64,000 nucleotides of DNA, from contig OZ024742.1 of NCBI GenBank assembly GCA_964016885.1, positions 274,598,001-274,662,000 of the forward strand, in the 5' to 3' direction. The position numbers and the translations under genes were made by a program. How positions within the stretch are numbered: position 1 is the stretch's first letter; every line of letters starts with the position of its first letter. The notes beneath the pieces are model-generated. The model did no database searches. It worked only from the letters and a program-made list of their open reading frames with translations, and had not been told where the DNA came from. This DNA comes from Eledone cirrhosa. Lineage: Eukaryota. Shown here one piece after another: positions 11,022-24,816 of the stretch.

Positions 11022-14000
11022 AAAACTAAGTCAGACATTCAAACACTACATTACACTGAAACTTATGCTTATTCATTTTTGGGGGGTTTTTCTGCCTGTT
11101 TGTTTGTTTGTTTATTTGGGTTCGTCTACAGCGTTATAATGCCACACAAAAGTCACGTGGAGTGACGAAACCACCGGAGACAAGTAATTCACCGGTGGTT
11201 ATGTAACCATACATTCGCCAATCCTCGATAAGAGTGTTTAAATGTCGAACCTAAACAGTTCGAATAACGGTGAAATGGAGACTAGAATGTCATGTGACAG
11301 ACTCTCACCCAACAAGTGCTCCCTGGCTCAGCAGCAGGGACCTGGCTGTCAACCAAATACTACTGGTGTCGGAGGAAGAAGAAGAAGGAAAGGGACCAGA
11401 ACCAACTGGACGAAAGAATTGAATAAAACTGTTATGCAATGTTACCTGAAGAGTAACCCCAAGGAGAAAGGCTATAGGAAAAGGATGCATAACATCTGGA
11501 ACGAGATTGGTCTCTTTAAACTAGATGAACAAAAACTGGCCGAGCAGGCTCGGGTAATAAGAACTAATGGGTGGATAAGCGAGCTGGAACTGGAGGAATT
11601 GAGCAGAGAGATAAGCTTGGCGATAGAGGGTGGAGTATGCCAGGCAAACGAGCCAGTGGGAAATGAAGGTGAAGAGGTCGAGAGAACGGAGGAACCACCC
11701 GAAACAGACAATGATCTGAATGCTGAGATAAATAATACCTGGAACAGAGATACGGCCACTGAGGAGATGAATGCTGACGGGCTAGGACAAGATTTGGTAG
11801 ATATCCTAAACTTAGTGGTAGATGAATTGAATAATGATAGTGGGAGACCTATGAACCTAAGATTTGTAGACAGGAAAAAGTTAAAAGAAACAACAGCTAA
11901 GGTAAACAAAGTCATCCCATACCTTGAGGCGAGGAGCCTTACCAGTGCAACAATATCCTCAAAGCAACAGCAAATACGGTGAGGAAACTACTTGGTATAA
12001 AAGCGAGAGGAAACAACAGACAAGAAAGAGCAGAACATTGGTGGAAGAAACGACTGAGTGGTCAAATCAGAGAAATGAGAAATGAGATTGGAAAGCTTGA
12101 GTCCCTACTGAATGGGACACTAAAAACACTACAAATAGACTGGAAATAAAGTACAAAACTAGGAGGAAAAAGCTAGATATTATCATAGAGGAACTGAAGC
12201 AACGCATTGTAGCAAAGAGAGCAATAATCAGGCGATACGAGAACAGAGTCAGTCAGTATAGACAGAACCGCATGTTCGACAACAACCAGAAGATGCTGTT
12301 TGGACAGCTTGAAGGGAAAGAAAGAGGCAACGACTTGATCCCTGAGGCGGAACAAACTAAAACATTCTGGAGAGGAATATGGGAGCAGGATGTTAAACAT
12401 AATGACCAGGCAGTGTGGATTGAGACAGTACAGAAGGAGATCAGTGAACAGGCACACCAACAAACTGATTTGAGTATCACAGTTGAAACTCTTAAGGGGC
12501 AGGCCAAAAAACTAACCAACTGGAAATCACCTGGCCCAGATGGTGTGCAGGGGTATTGGATTAAAAACATGACATCCCTCCACCCGAAACTGACAACCAT
12601 GTTCAATGACTGCTTGATGTCAGGTGAGGTACCAGAGGGATTGACAAAAGGTACAACAGTTCTGATAATGAAAGACAGAATCAAGGGTAATGATGTTACC
12701 AACTATAGACCTATCACATGTCTGTCCGTAATGTGGAAACTGTTGACAAGCATTATGTCTGAGGAAATCTACCATCACCTCCACACAAACAACTTGTTAC
12801 CGGACGAACAGAAAGGATGCCGAAAGAAGTCACGTGGTACAAAGGACCAGTTCCTTATTGATAAGATGGTAATGAGGAATTGCAAGAGGAGACACACTGG
12901 TCTTGCCATGGGATGGATAGACTACAAAAAGGCATTTGACATGGTGCCTCATTCTTGGATCACCAAAAGTCTGGAGATCTTCAAGGTGGCAGGTAACATC
13001 AGACAGTTGTAGGGCAAAAGTATGAAGTCCTGGGAAACAGAGTTAACATCAACTGGAGAATCCTTGGGAAGCGTGAAGATCAAGAGAGGTATCTTACAGG
13101 GAGATAGTCTGTCCCCTCTGTTGTTTGTCCTTGACTTGATGCCTCTGACCAGTGTACTGCGAAAAGTGAGAGCAGGATACAGGTTGGGAAAGGGAGGGCT
13201 TGCCATCAATCACCTCCTCTTCATGGACGATCTTAAGCTCTTCGGGAAGAGTGAGAAGGAGTTGGATGTGCTTGTTGACACTGTCCGTATTTTCAGCAAT
13301 GATATATGTATGCAATTTGGTATTAGTAAGTGGGGAGCAGAAGTAACGGAATCCAGATACCAACAGGTGAGATGATAAAGGAAATTGACTCTGAGGAAGG
13401 ATACAAGTATTTGGGCGTTCTTGAGGCTGATGATATCAAGAAAAAAAAAATGAAGGAATTGATAAGAACTGAATACCTTCGGAGAGTAAGGATTGTATTA
13501 AAGTCTCATCTGAACAGTAGGAATGCCATAAGTGCAGTAAATTCCCGAGCTGTGTCTATTATTAGGTACAGTGCGGGAATTCTGAGATGGATTGTTGCTG
13601 AACAAAAAGAAATGGATAAAAAGACTAGGGAGCTATTGACTATCTACAACATGTTCCACAAGAGGAGTGATGTCGATAGACTCTACTTAAGGAGATCTGA
13701 AGGTGGAAGAGGTCTTATCAGCATAGAGGACTGTGTTCAGATGGAGAAAAACAACCTACACAAATACGTGACTGATAGTAAGGAGCCAATGCTCAGAACT
13801 GTACTGAAGGAGGGGACAATAGGCCAGGGAATGTCCAAGGAGGAAATAACATCAATGAGAAAGGGCAGCCTTCAGGAAAAATCCCTTCATAGTACCTTCT
13901 TTGATAAAACTGAATTTAGAGATCCACAGACATGGAACTGGTTGAAAAGAGGAGACCTTTAAAAGGCTGCAGAAGGAATGTTAATGGCTGCGCAGGAGCA

Positions 14001-14730
14001 GGCCCTCAAAACGAAGTGGTTGAAACACCACATTTACAAGGAGGAGGCTAGCCCACTGTGCAGGATCTGTGGAGAGAGAGAGGAGACTGTGGCTCACATT
14101 GTATCCGAGTGGAAACACCTAGCCCAGACTCACTATAAGGGCTGGAGACATGATGTGATGGGCAGGGTGATCCACTGGCACCTATGCAAAGTAAACAATT
14201 TACCACATTCTGAGAAGTGGTATGAGCGTAAGCCAGAGGCGGTGATAGAAAACGATCAGGTAAAGGTGCTGTGGGATTTTAGGATACAGACGGACAAAAA
14301 ACTGGAACACAATAGACCTGGCCTGGTGGTTTTGGACAAAGAACAAAGAACGTGCCTGATTGTGGATGTGGCCTGCCCATTCGACACGAGAGTGCAAGAG
14401 AAGGAGAGGGAGAAAATTAACCGATACCAGGACTTAAAGTGGGAGGTATAAAGGATTTGGAACTGCCATGAAGTCAAAGTGATCCCGATTGTCATTGGCG
14501 CACTAGGGACTATATCAAAAGGTTTCCAGGGATGGTTAAAGAAAATTGGCCCCTTCACGCTTTTTGGAACGCTTCAAAAGGCATACTTGCTGGGAACAGC
14601 AAGAACCCTCCGATACGTCCTGAATATCTGAGGCTTGATATTCTTTTCAACAAACTTTCCAGTTAACTAACATCAATGACTGAGACTCAAAAAGTAATAA
14701 CAATAATAATAATAATAATAATAATAATAT
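11022..14730 (+). mobile_element. R4/Dong-type RLE non-LTR retrotransposon, family B copy 1 (near full length, disrupted), (TAA)n tail
   Basis: ORF pieces from 11242 to ~14630: [73 protein letters not shown]. Confidence 0.93.
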
Positions 14731-15485
14731 TCATCCCTCCACCCGAAACTGACAACCATGTTCAATGACTGCTTGATGTCAGAGTGGTTGACAAAAGGTA
14801 CCACAGTTCTGATAATGAAAGACCGAATCAAGGGTAATGATGTTACCAACTATAGACCTATCACATGTCTGTCCGTAAAGTGGAAACTGTTGACAAGCAT
14901 TATGTCTGAGGAAATCTACCATCACCTCCACACAAACAACTTGTTACCGGACGAATAGAAAGGATGCCGAAAGAAGTCACGTGGTACAAAGGACCAGTTA
15001 CTTATTGATAAGATGGTAATGAGGAATTGCAAGAGGAGACACACTGGTCTTGCCATGGGATGGATAGACTACAAAAAGGCATTTAACATGGTGCCTCATT
15101 CTTGGATCACCAAAAGCCTGGAGATCTTCAAGGTGGCAAATAACATCAGATAGTTGTTGAAAAAAGATCGTGCCTGATTGTGGATGTGGCCTGCCCATTC
15201 GACACGAGAGTGCAAGAGAAGGAGAGGGAGAAAATTAACCGATACCAGGACTTAAAGTGGGAGGTAAAAAGGATTTGGAACTGCCATGAAGTCAAAGTGA
15301 CTATCTCAAAAAGTTTCCAGGGATGGTTAAAGAAAATTGGCCCCTTCACGCTTTTTGCAACGCTTCAAAAGGCATGCTTGCTGGGAACGGCAAGAACCCG
15401 CCGATACGTCCTGAATATCTGAGGCTGCAGGTAGTGGCTTGATATTCATTTCAACAAACTTTCCAGTTAACTAACATCAATGACT
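14731..15485 (+). mobile_element. Family B copy, 5'-truncated with multiple internal deletions
   Basis: 14733-15157 matches ~12573-13008; it then jumps to the RLE region (~14345) and runs through the 3' UTR. Confidence 0.9.
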
Positions 15486-15856
15486 AACATATTTAAATCA
15501 ATTGTGAAAGAACAATTCTTAGCACAAATGTTGCATAAAGGCACCGAATGAGGTCCCATAAAGTTTCGGATCCATATTATATTGTTGTATCGCTCAAATA
15601 TTCAATTTTGTATTATATATTTTGTATTCAAAAAAAGAAAATGATTATAAATGGATCAAAACACCCTCTGTCTACACTATATAAACAGCGGCAATTTCAA
15701 TTTCACCAACACCAGAAACTTGATACACTACCTATCCCATCACACTAAATATAACGGCAACTTCACCGGCATCATAATAATAATTACTATTATTATTGTC
15801 TCAAATTTTAAAAAATGTTTAATTCAAATTTTACGGGAATATGTCAACACAAAATA

Positions 15857-15970
15857 TAATTGTTTCTACTTTAGGCACAAGGCCAGCAATTACCCAGTGC
15901 ATTACTGGTACTTTATTTTATCGACCCCGTAACGATGAACGGCAAAGTCAACCCTCGGCGGGATTTGAAT
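15857..15970 (-). mobile_element. tRNA-derived SINE, 3' part
   Basis: Reverse complement of the SINE unit at 44577-44755, from the B box through the 3' end. Confidence 0.85.
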
Positions 15971-16384
15971 GAAAATTAAACATACGAACACAAACTCATA
16001 GATACTATATCAGTAACCACAACACCACCGCTGCCACCACCCCACCACATCCATCATCGCCGCCACCACTCATTCAATGCTACTGACACTATTCCCCTGT
16101 TAACTTGAGAGAGAAAAGGGAAGGTGGTGGTAGCACTAGACAAGAGAGAGGCTAGCAAAAGATATAAATAGATTGACTTGGTGACCTTGCCACGGACAAA
16201 CGTCTACATCAACAATTATGGGACTGCTGGCTCACCCCTTCCTCACCAACAATATAAAAAGCCCCGGCACCCCCACCGACATAGCCAGCAGCAATAACAG
16301 CCAACTACAACAAAAAGTATATTATATTATTGTAATGCACTGGGTGATTGCTGGCCTTGTCCCTGGAGTGGAGACAATTATTAA

Positions 16385-19300
16385 TAATTTCATTCTTAAG
16401 CCACGCAATGCTCACATTAAGGAACCACTCATGATAATAACAATTTAAAAAAAAACAACAAAAAGAAAACCCCGTGACAAAGAAATACCGGGATGGCGGC
16501 CGGCGGGGAATAGCCATGTCTCTAGGGGAGAACGACCCCTCTAGTCTTGGTTGACACTCGTTCTAGAAGTGGTAACACGAAAAGATTACCCCTTGGCGGA
16601 TAAGGATAAAACGCGACAAAATAAAGTAGATGTCTAATGATGAAATCTCATACCGGATCGGCCGTCACCCGGGTAAAAAAGGGCCGCGTCCCTCAGAGAG
16701 GAACCAGACTGGGGTCGAAAAATCAGCTAATGGTTCAAACCTTCCCATCACTTCGGAGCTGGAGACCTCCCATAACCGGAATACTCCTACTGTTGGCCCT
16801 CCATGCTCACCACCAAGAAATCCAAAGAAAAAGAGAGAAAAATGGTCAAGGGAAGATAATAAAGAAGTCCTTGAGGCTTTCTACACTGCCATGTACTACC
16901 CATCAAATACATCGAATACAGAGCAAACATATATCAACTGGAAAAAGAAACATCCCGAAAACAGAGGCTATATTGACAGTAACAAACTAGCCAATATACG
17001 AAGAAATATTGTAAGAAAAAAGTTACTAACTGATATAGAAATTGATCAGATCAAGCTAGTAGCACAAAGTCAGCGAAGGGAAAATGAAGCATGTGTCAGT
17101 GAAAACGAGGTAAACTGTAACACTTCGAATCCCAGAGTTGGGGCGGAATCACTGGCAACAGAACAAATTAAAGAAAGGAGCGAAAAAGTGGAGGGAGTGC
17201 ATGCTCAGGATGAAACTCCAAATGAAAATAATGAGATCGTAAATGATAAAGAAATGAATGAGAATGAACTTGCCAACTTGAAGGATGAAATTATGATCGA
17301 ATGGATGAAAATGAAAGAATCTGACATGGGGGAACGAGACACCCTCCCTAAGATCCAGAACTCCAAACAGAACCAAAAGATAATACACAAGACTAACATA
17401 ATTCTCAAAAACATTATCATCACAAACAAAATAAACATTACTGACTTAAATCATCTCTATTATGCATCGGCTAAAGTCACCACTCACTTATGTGGAGTGA
17501 AGATGAAAAAACAAAGGAATTCCCACAAGAAATCTACTTGGCAAGATAACATCAATCGCCAAATAAACCTTCTCCGATCTGACATAGAAATTTTAACAAA
17601 CTATAAAGTAGGTGAACATGTTAAACAAACTAAACTTAGAAAATTGAAAAAAAAGTACAGTATAAGATCAACATGTGACATAGACATGCTGATAGAAACA
17701 ATCAAGCAAAAAGTGTCGGCCAAAGCTGCTCGTATAAGGCGCTTTGAAAAAGGATCTAGATTCTATAAGGACAATAATATGTTCAAAAACAACCAAAGAA
17801 ACTTCTACAGAAAAATTGGTAAGTCAACAATAACTGCTAAATCAATACCACCCAAGGAGGAAGTGCAAGAATTCTGGGAAAAGATCTGGGCCGAAGAAAA
17901 AGTTCATAACATACATGCCCCATGGATAGACAGACAAATGAAAGAAACAGCTCACCTTGAAGAACCAACATGGGAAAATATAACAGTTGAACAGCTGCGC
18001 TTGGCTCTAAGAAAAACCAGCAAATGGAAATCCCCAGGAAAAGACAAAATACAAAACTTTTGGATAAATGCCTTCACAGAGTCTCATGAGCTGTTAGCCC
18101 AACTTTACAATGAAATAGTTAAGGAGCCAGAAAAGATACCATCATGACTAGTTAACGGCATTACATTCCTGCTACTGAAGAATGATGAGACAAACAATCC
18201 CAAAAATTACAGACCGATAACCTGCCTGACCACAATGTATCAAATTTTAACATCAGTCCTAACTGAATACACATATGACCACCTGATAACAAATGACCTA
18301 TTTCCCATTGAGCAGAAAGGGTGTAAACGAGGCTCATATGGCTGTAAGGATCAGCTTCTGGTTAACAAAATGATACTGGAAGATTGTCATAATAGACACA
18401 AAAATCTATCGATTGCTTGGATAGATTATAAAAAAGCATTTGATAGTTTGCCACACAGTTGGATTGAAAAATGTTTAGAGATTTTCAAAATATCCCCCGT
18501 TGTCAGGAGGTTTTTGTCATTCAGTATGAGGACATGGAGAACGACACTCCTTTTGAATAGTGAAACAAAATCACTGGAAGCTGGAGAAGTTAACATTAAT
18601 TGTGGAATTTTTCAGGGTGACTCTTTATCACCGCTTTTATACTGCATCGCACTTATACCATTAAGTAAAATGCTCAATGAAGCAAAACATGGATATAGAG
18701 TCTATGACAAAACCATTAATCACCTGTTCTACATGGATGACCTGAAACTATTTGCAAAAAATGATAGCAAGGGCTATTATCCACTGTGAAGCAGTTCAGT
18801 GATGACATTAAAATGGAGTTTGGACTGGATAAATGCGCCAAAGTAACGTTCACCAGAGGAAAGCTGCTGAAGAGTTCAGACATTAATCTTGATCGGGGGA
18901 ACGTGATAAGAGAGCTTGATCAAGAACAAACTTACAAATATCTAGGTGTTTGTGAAGGAGACGGAATCAAGCACTCGACAATGAGGGAAAGGATAAGGAA
19001 GGAATGTTACCGCAGAGTAAGAGCAATCTTAAGAACGGAATTGAATGCAAGGAATAGGATCGATGCCATAAACACGCTTGCCATACCAGTAGTAACCTAC
19101 AGTTACAATGTCATCAACTGGTCAAGCACAGAGATCCGTAGGCTCGATACAAAAATCCGAAAATTCTTAACCATGCACAGAATGCATCACCCTAAGGCAG
19201 ACATAGATAGAATATATCTCCCTAGGAAAGAAGGAGGACGTGGGTTAATCCAGTTAGACATTGCGTTGAAAACTGCAACAATTGGATTATCCACATATCT

Positions 19301-20435
19301 AAGGGAATCACATGATTGGATGATCAAACTCGTTTTGAAACACGAAAGCACCAAAAGATCATATTCCCTTACAAAAGATGCACAAAGTTACAGTAATGGA
19401 CTACAAATTTCAGAAGTCCCATTTACTGCTGAAATGGAAAACACAGAAAAAGCAAAGCAGGTAAAAGTAACTGCAAAGAAAGAACTGCTACAGAAACTGG
19501 CTAAGAAATGGCAAGAAAAGCCTCTGTATGGAAAATACCCAGAGCGAGCTAACAATCCTGATGTTGACAAAACTTTAACCCATCAGTGGTTGGCATCCTC
19601 TGGACTGAAATCGGAGACTGAAGGACTGATTATATCCGCACAAGATCAGTGTCTGCCAACAAAAAATTACCAAGCCAACATAATAAAAAATGGGTGCAGC
19701 CCATTATGCCGTGTATGCAAAAAACAACCAGAGACCATTGACCATATAATTTCAATGTGCAGTCCTATAGCTGCAACCGAATACCTAAACAGGCATGACA
19801 GAGCTGCACAATACATACATTGGATAATGTGTAAGCATTTTGACCTGCCCCATCAAAAGAATTGGTGGGAGCATCAACCACCTCCCATACTTGAAAAAGA
19901 TCACATCTCAATCTTGTGGAACTTTAGCATCCAAACAGACCGAAAAATAGATGCAAATAGACCTGATATAATATTGAAGGACTTTCAAAGGAGGGTATGC
20001 CTGCTAATTGATATGTCTGTTCCAATAGACAAGAATGTATCTATAAAAACATTTGAAAAATTGAGCAAGTATAAGGACCTGGAGATAGAAATTGGAAAAA
20101 TGTGGAAATTGAGAACTAAAACAATACCAGTGGTTGTAGGCGCTCTGGGAATGATACCTAAGGGGTCTAATGATTACTTATCGCAAATCCCAGGAAACCC
20201 GCGTATAGGAGAAATACAAAAGATAGTACTAATGGGAACTGCCCATATACTAAGGAAGATCCTGTCAATATAAGTACATCACAAGTCTAAACACTAAGGA
20301 TGCATGTGTGAATATGTATGTTCTTTCTTGAACATGGCGGACCTTGTTGTCTCTTGAGGTCACTGGTTGTGACTTGGTGATAACTCGTATAAACATAAAG
20401 CAAGATAAATGCAAATAATAATAATAATAATAATA
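16385..20435 (+). mobile_element. R4/Dong-type family A copy 2 (only two visible lesions), (TAA)n tail
   Basis: ORFs 16630..18147, 18235..18789 and 18786..20273; one TGA at 18145-18147 and a 7-nt deletion near 18766 relative to copy 1; all RT, CCHC and RLE motifs present. Confidence 0.95.
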
Positions 20436-23400
20436 AACTAAGTCAGACATTCAAACATTACAATGAAATTTATGTTTATTTTTTTAAGTTTTCATCTATT
20501 TATTTGTTTATTTATTTATGTTCGTCTACAGCGTGATGGTGCCATGCTAAAATTACCGGCGGTGATGAAATGACCGGTGGTTATGTATCCTTACATTCAC
20601 CAATCCTCGATATGAGTGTTTAAATGTCGAACCTAAACCGTTCGAATAACGGTGAAGAGGAGACTGGAACGTCATGTGACAGACTCTCACCCAGCAAGTA
20701 CCCCTTGGCCCAGCAGCAGGGACCTGGCTGCCATCCAAATACTGCTGGTGCTGGAGGAAGATAAAGACGGAAAGGAACAAGAACCAACTGGATTAGAACT
20801 GTCATAGAATGTTACCTGAAGAGTAACCCCAAGGAAAAAGGCTATAGGAAACGGATGCATAACTTCTGGAACGAGATTCGTCTGTTTAAATTAGATGGAC
20901 AAAAGTTGGCCGGGCAGGCTCGGGTAATAAGAACTAATGGATCGATAAGCGAGTTGTAACTGGAGGAAATGAGCAGAGACATTAGGTTGGAAATTGAGAG
21001 AGGAGTATGTCAGGCAAACGAGCCAGTGGGAAATGAAGGTGAAGAGGTTGAATGACCTGAGGAAGCATCCGAAGCAGATAATGATCTGAATACTGAAATA
21101 AATAACATCTGGAACAGAGATACGGCCATTGAGGAAATGAAGGCTGACGGGCTATGACAAGATTTGGTTGATATCCTAAACTTAGTGGTAGATGAAATGA
21201 ACAATGATAGTGGGAAACCTATGAACCTAAGATTTGTAGACAGGAACTGGTTAGAAGAAACAAGAGCTAAGGTAAACAAAGTCATCCCGTACCTTGAGGC
21301 AAGGAACCTTCACCAATGCAAAAATATCCTCAAAGCATCAGCAAATGCGGTGAGGAAATTACTTGGCATAAAAACGAGAGGAAACAACAAACAAAAAAAG
21401 ATCAGAAAATTGGTGGAAGAAACGACTGAATGGTCAAATCAAGGAAATGAGAAATGACATTGGAAAGCTTTGTCCCTACTGAATGGGACGCTACAAAACA
21501 TAGACACTAAAACTAGACTGGAAATAAAGTACAAAACTATCATCTACCATCTACCATCACCTCCACATAAACAACTTGTTACCGGACGAACAGAAAGGAT
21601 GCTGAAAGAAGTCCCCTGGTACAAAAGACCAGTTAGTTATTGATAAAATAGTAATGAGGGATTGCAAGTGGAGACACATTGGTCTTGCCATTGGATGGAT
21701 AGATTACAAAAAGGCATTCGACATTGTACCTCATTCTTGGATAACCAAAAGCCAAGAGATCTTCAAGGTGGCAGATAACATCAGACAGTTGTTGAGCAAC
21801 AGTATGAAGTCCTGGGAAACAGAGTTAACATCGGGTGGAGAATCATTGGGAAGCGTGAAGATCAAGAGAGGTATCTTCCAGGGAGATAGTCTGTACCCTC
21901 TTTTGTTTGTCCTTGCCCTGATACCCCTGACCATTATATTAGGAAAAGTGAGAGCAGGATACAAGTTGGGAAAAGGAGAGCTTACCATCAACCAGCTCCT
22001 CTCCATGGACGATCTTAAACTCTTTGGGATGAGTGAGAAGGAGTTAGATGTATTTATTGACACTCCGTATTTTCAGCAATGATATATGTATGGAATTTGG
22101 TATTAGTAAGTGTGGAGTCCTTGTGATAAAGAGGGGTAAATTGAGCAGAAGCAACGGAATCCAGGTACCAACAGGTGAGATGATAAAGGAAATTGACACT
22201 GAAGAAGGATACATATATTTAGGTGTTCTGGAGGCAGATGACATCAAGGACAAAAAATTGAAGAAAACGATAAGATCTGAATAAATTAGGAGAGTAAGGA
22301 GCGTATTAAAACCACATCTAAATAGTAGGAATGTCATAAGTGCAGTGCATTCCCGCGCTGTGTCTTTTATTAGGTACAGTGCGGGAATTCTGAAATGGAA
22401 TGTTCCTGAACAAAAAGAAATGGATAGGAAGACTAGGAAGCTATTGACAATCTACAAGAGGAGTGATGTCGATAGACTCTACTTAAAGAGATCTGAAGGT
22501 GTAAGAGGTCTTATCAGCATAGAGGACTGTATTTAAGATGGAGAAAAACAACCTGCACAAACACATGACTGACAGTAGGGAGCCAATGCTCAGAATTGTA
22601 CTGAAGGAGAGGACAATAGACCAGGGGATGTCCAAGGAGGAAATAACAACAAATGAAAAAATCCCTTCATAGTACCTTCTTTAAGAAAACTCAATTTAGA
22701 GATCCACAGACATAGAACTGGTTAAAAAGAGGAGACCATAAAAAGTCTACAGAAGGAATGCTAATGGCTGCGCAAGAGCAGGCCCTCAGAACCAAGTGGG
22801 TGAAACAACATATTTACAAGGAGGAGGCTAGCCCACTGTGTAAGATCTGTGGAGACTGTGTAGGATCTGTGGAGAGGAGACTGTGGCTCACATTGTATCC
22901 GAGTGTAAACACCTAGCCCAGACTCACTATAAAGGCTGGAGAGATGATGTGATGGGCACTTACGCAAAGTAAACTGTTTACCACATTCTGAGAAATGGTA
23001 TGAGCATAAGCCAGAGTCGGTGATAGAAAACGATCAGGTAAAGGTGCTATGGGATTTTAGGATACAGACGGACAAGAAACTGGAACACAATAGGCCTGAC
23101 CTGTTGGTTTTGGACAAGGAAAAAAGATCGTGCCTGATTGTAGATGTAGCCTGCCCATTTGACACGAGAGTGCAAGAAAAGGAGAGGGAGAAAATTAACC
23201 GATAACAGAACTTGAAGTGGGCGGTAAAAAGGATTTGGAACTGCCATGATGTCAGAGTCTTCCCGATTGGCGCACGAGGTACTATCTCAAAGAGTTCCCA
23301 AGGATGGTTAAAAAAAATTAATCCAGCCCCGCTCTTTGGAACACTTCAAAAGGCATGCTTGCTGGGAACAGCAAGAACCCTCCGATACGTCCTGATTATC

Positions 23401-23498
23401 TGAGGCCGAAGGTAGCGGCTTGATATTCATTTCAAAAAATTTTCCAGTTAAATAACATCAATGACTGAGACTCAAAGAATAACAATCATAATAATAAT
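20436..23498 (+). mobile_element. R4/Dong-type family B copy 2 (more decayed, ~0.6 kb internal deletion at ~21540)
   Basis: Starts AAACTAAGTCAGACATTCAAACA as at 11022; colinear with copy 1; motifs [28 protein letters not shown]; same 3' UTR. Confidence 0.92.
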
Positions 23499-23975
23499 GA
23501 TTTCTTTATTGACCACAAGTGCCGACATGAAGAAAAACATTGCAGACGGCACATGACGGTACAGGACACTACGATGTGGGCTGTGTGCGTGTAAGATTTT
23601 TATTATTTATATCAGAAACGAAAAAGCTAAAAGACATAGAAACATATATATATATATATATAAACAATAAAAATGAAAATTCAAACAATGAAACATTCCC
23701 CAATAGCGGGGAAACCTCCGAGGGTTACTCTAGGCGGAAACCACACAAAAGACCACGGCCACGTTGACCACCAGGGCAAGCGCCCTCTCTCAATTTTTCC
23801 CATTCATCAAACTACAAGTGTATATTCAGAGCGGTCCCATTCACTCGGACCATACTCGCTACCCTCACCCACCTTTCAACAAACTTGCTAGAAGAAAGCA
23901 CCTGCCTCTCCACCCTGACTTTCCTCTTCAAGTGATACATGAAAAAGTTAATCAAGGATTCGCAGAGAAGAAGAC
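23499..23975 (-). mobile_element. Tx1/L1-like 3' end fragment
   Basis: ESLINFFMYHLKRKVRVERQVLSSSKFVERWVRVASMVRVNG matches the C-terminus of ORF 2697..4151; the terminus resembles 2421-2452. Confidence 0.85.
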
Positions 23976-24335
23976 AGAGATAAATAAATAAATGAACAGA
24001 TAAAATAAAGATGGCGTAGATATACAATACTACAGGATGAACATAATTGTACCACTGGCGATGTCTGCAGGTGTGCAACATAAGAACTTTGTTAGACTAA
24101 ATATATGTGTTTATATCTATATTATATCTGTATTTTTGACCGTTGATCAGTCAATGGTAAGCATTGAGGACCGAATGAATTAACCTTGGAGATATAAAAG
24201 ATACAGAAGCGAAAAAAAAGCAAACAGTGAGTGTGTTCTGTTATTATTTCTGGCAATATTATTGTAACAATATGACCCTCCCCAAGTATAACAATATTTG
24301 TTTCGACACACGATTTCATATGAAAAACCTCGCAA

Positions 24336-24375
<40 letters not shown>

Positions 24376-24415
24376 TATAGAAGAGCTTCTACAGGAAAGA
24401 AACTGTTTCATTCGT

Positions 24416-24468
24416 GAGCTTCCTGATGATTTCTCACGAATGAAACAGTACTAGTCCTGTAGAAGCTC
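24416..24468 (+). ncRNA. Type I hammerhead ribozyme motif
   Basis: Stem I GAGCTTC/GAAGCTC, CTGATGA, short stem II TTC-TCAC-GAA, GAAA, stem III CAG/CTG, cleavage triplet GTA. Confidence 0.75.
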
Positions 24469-24816
24469 TTCTATATTAAAACATTTATACTCTGCTATGT
24501 ATTGAATACCTTACTTACTGTGGTTACCCCCGATTCAACCCGGAATAACTTATATATATATATATATATAATTGGTGTTGGATGCTTAAAGCGTCCGTAT
24601 GCGGTAGGCCGTATGAGCACTCGATGCCCTCCTAGAGCAGAGTATGATATCACGGAAAAAAGAGAATCAGTGTTGCGACGAAAGGAATTTATTGGATATA
24701 TTACAATTGTTTCTCGGGCGACCAGCTCGAAGCACGATCGATGTGGTGATCAAACCTGATTCTGAAATCACGCGGTCCTCGGATAGGTCTCTATTCTACG
24801 AAGCAGATTTTCCTAT

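Noticed and set aside
11118-11270. Ribozyme in the family B 5' UTR (GGGTTCG/CGAACCT pairing; GAAACCACCGG/CCGGTGGTT hairpin)
   Set aside because: No CTGANGA core and no P3/L3 or P1.1 could be placed; the hairpins are poorly conserved in copy 2.
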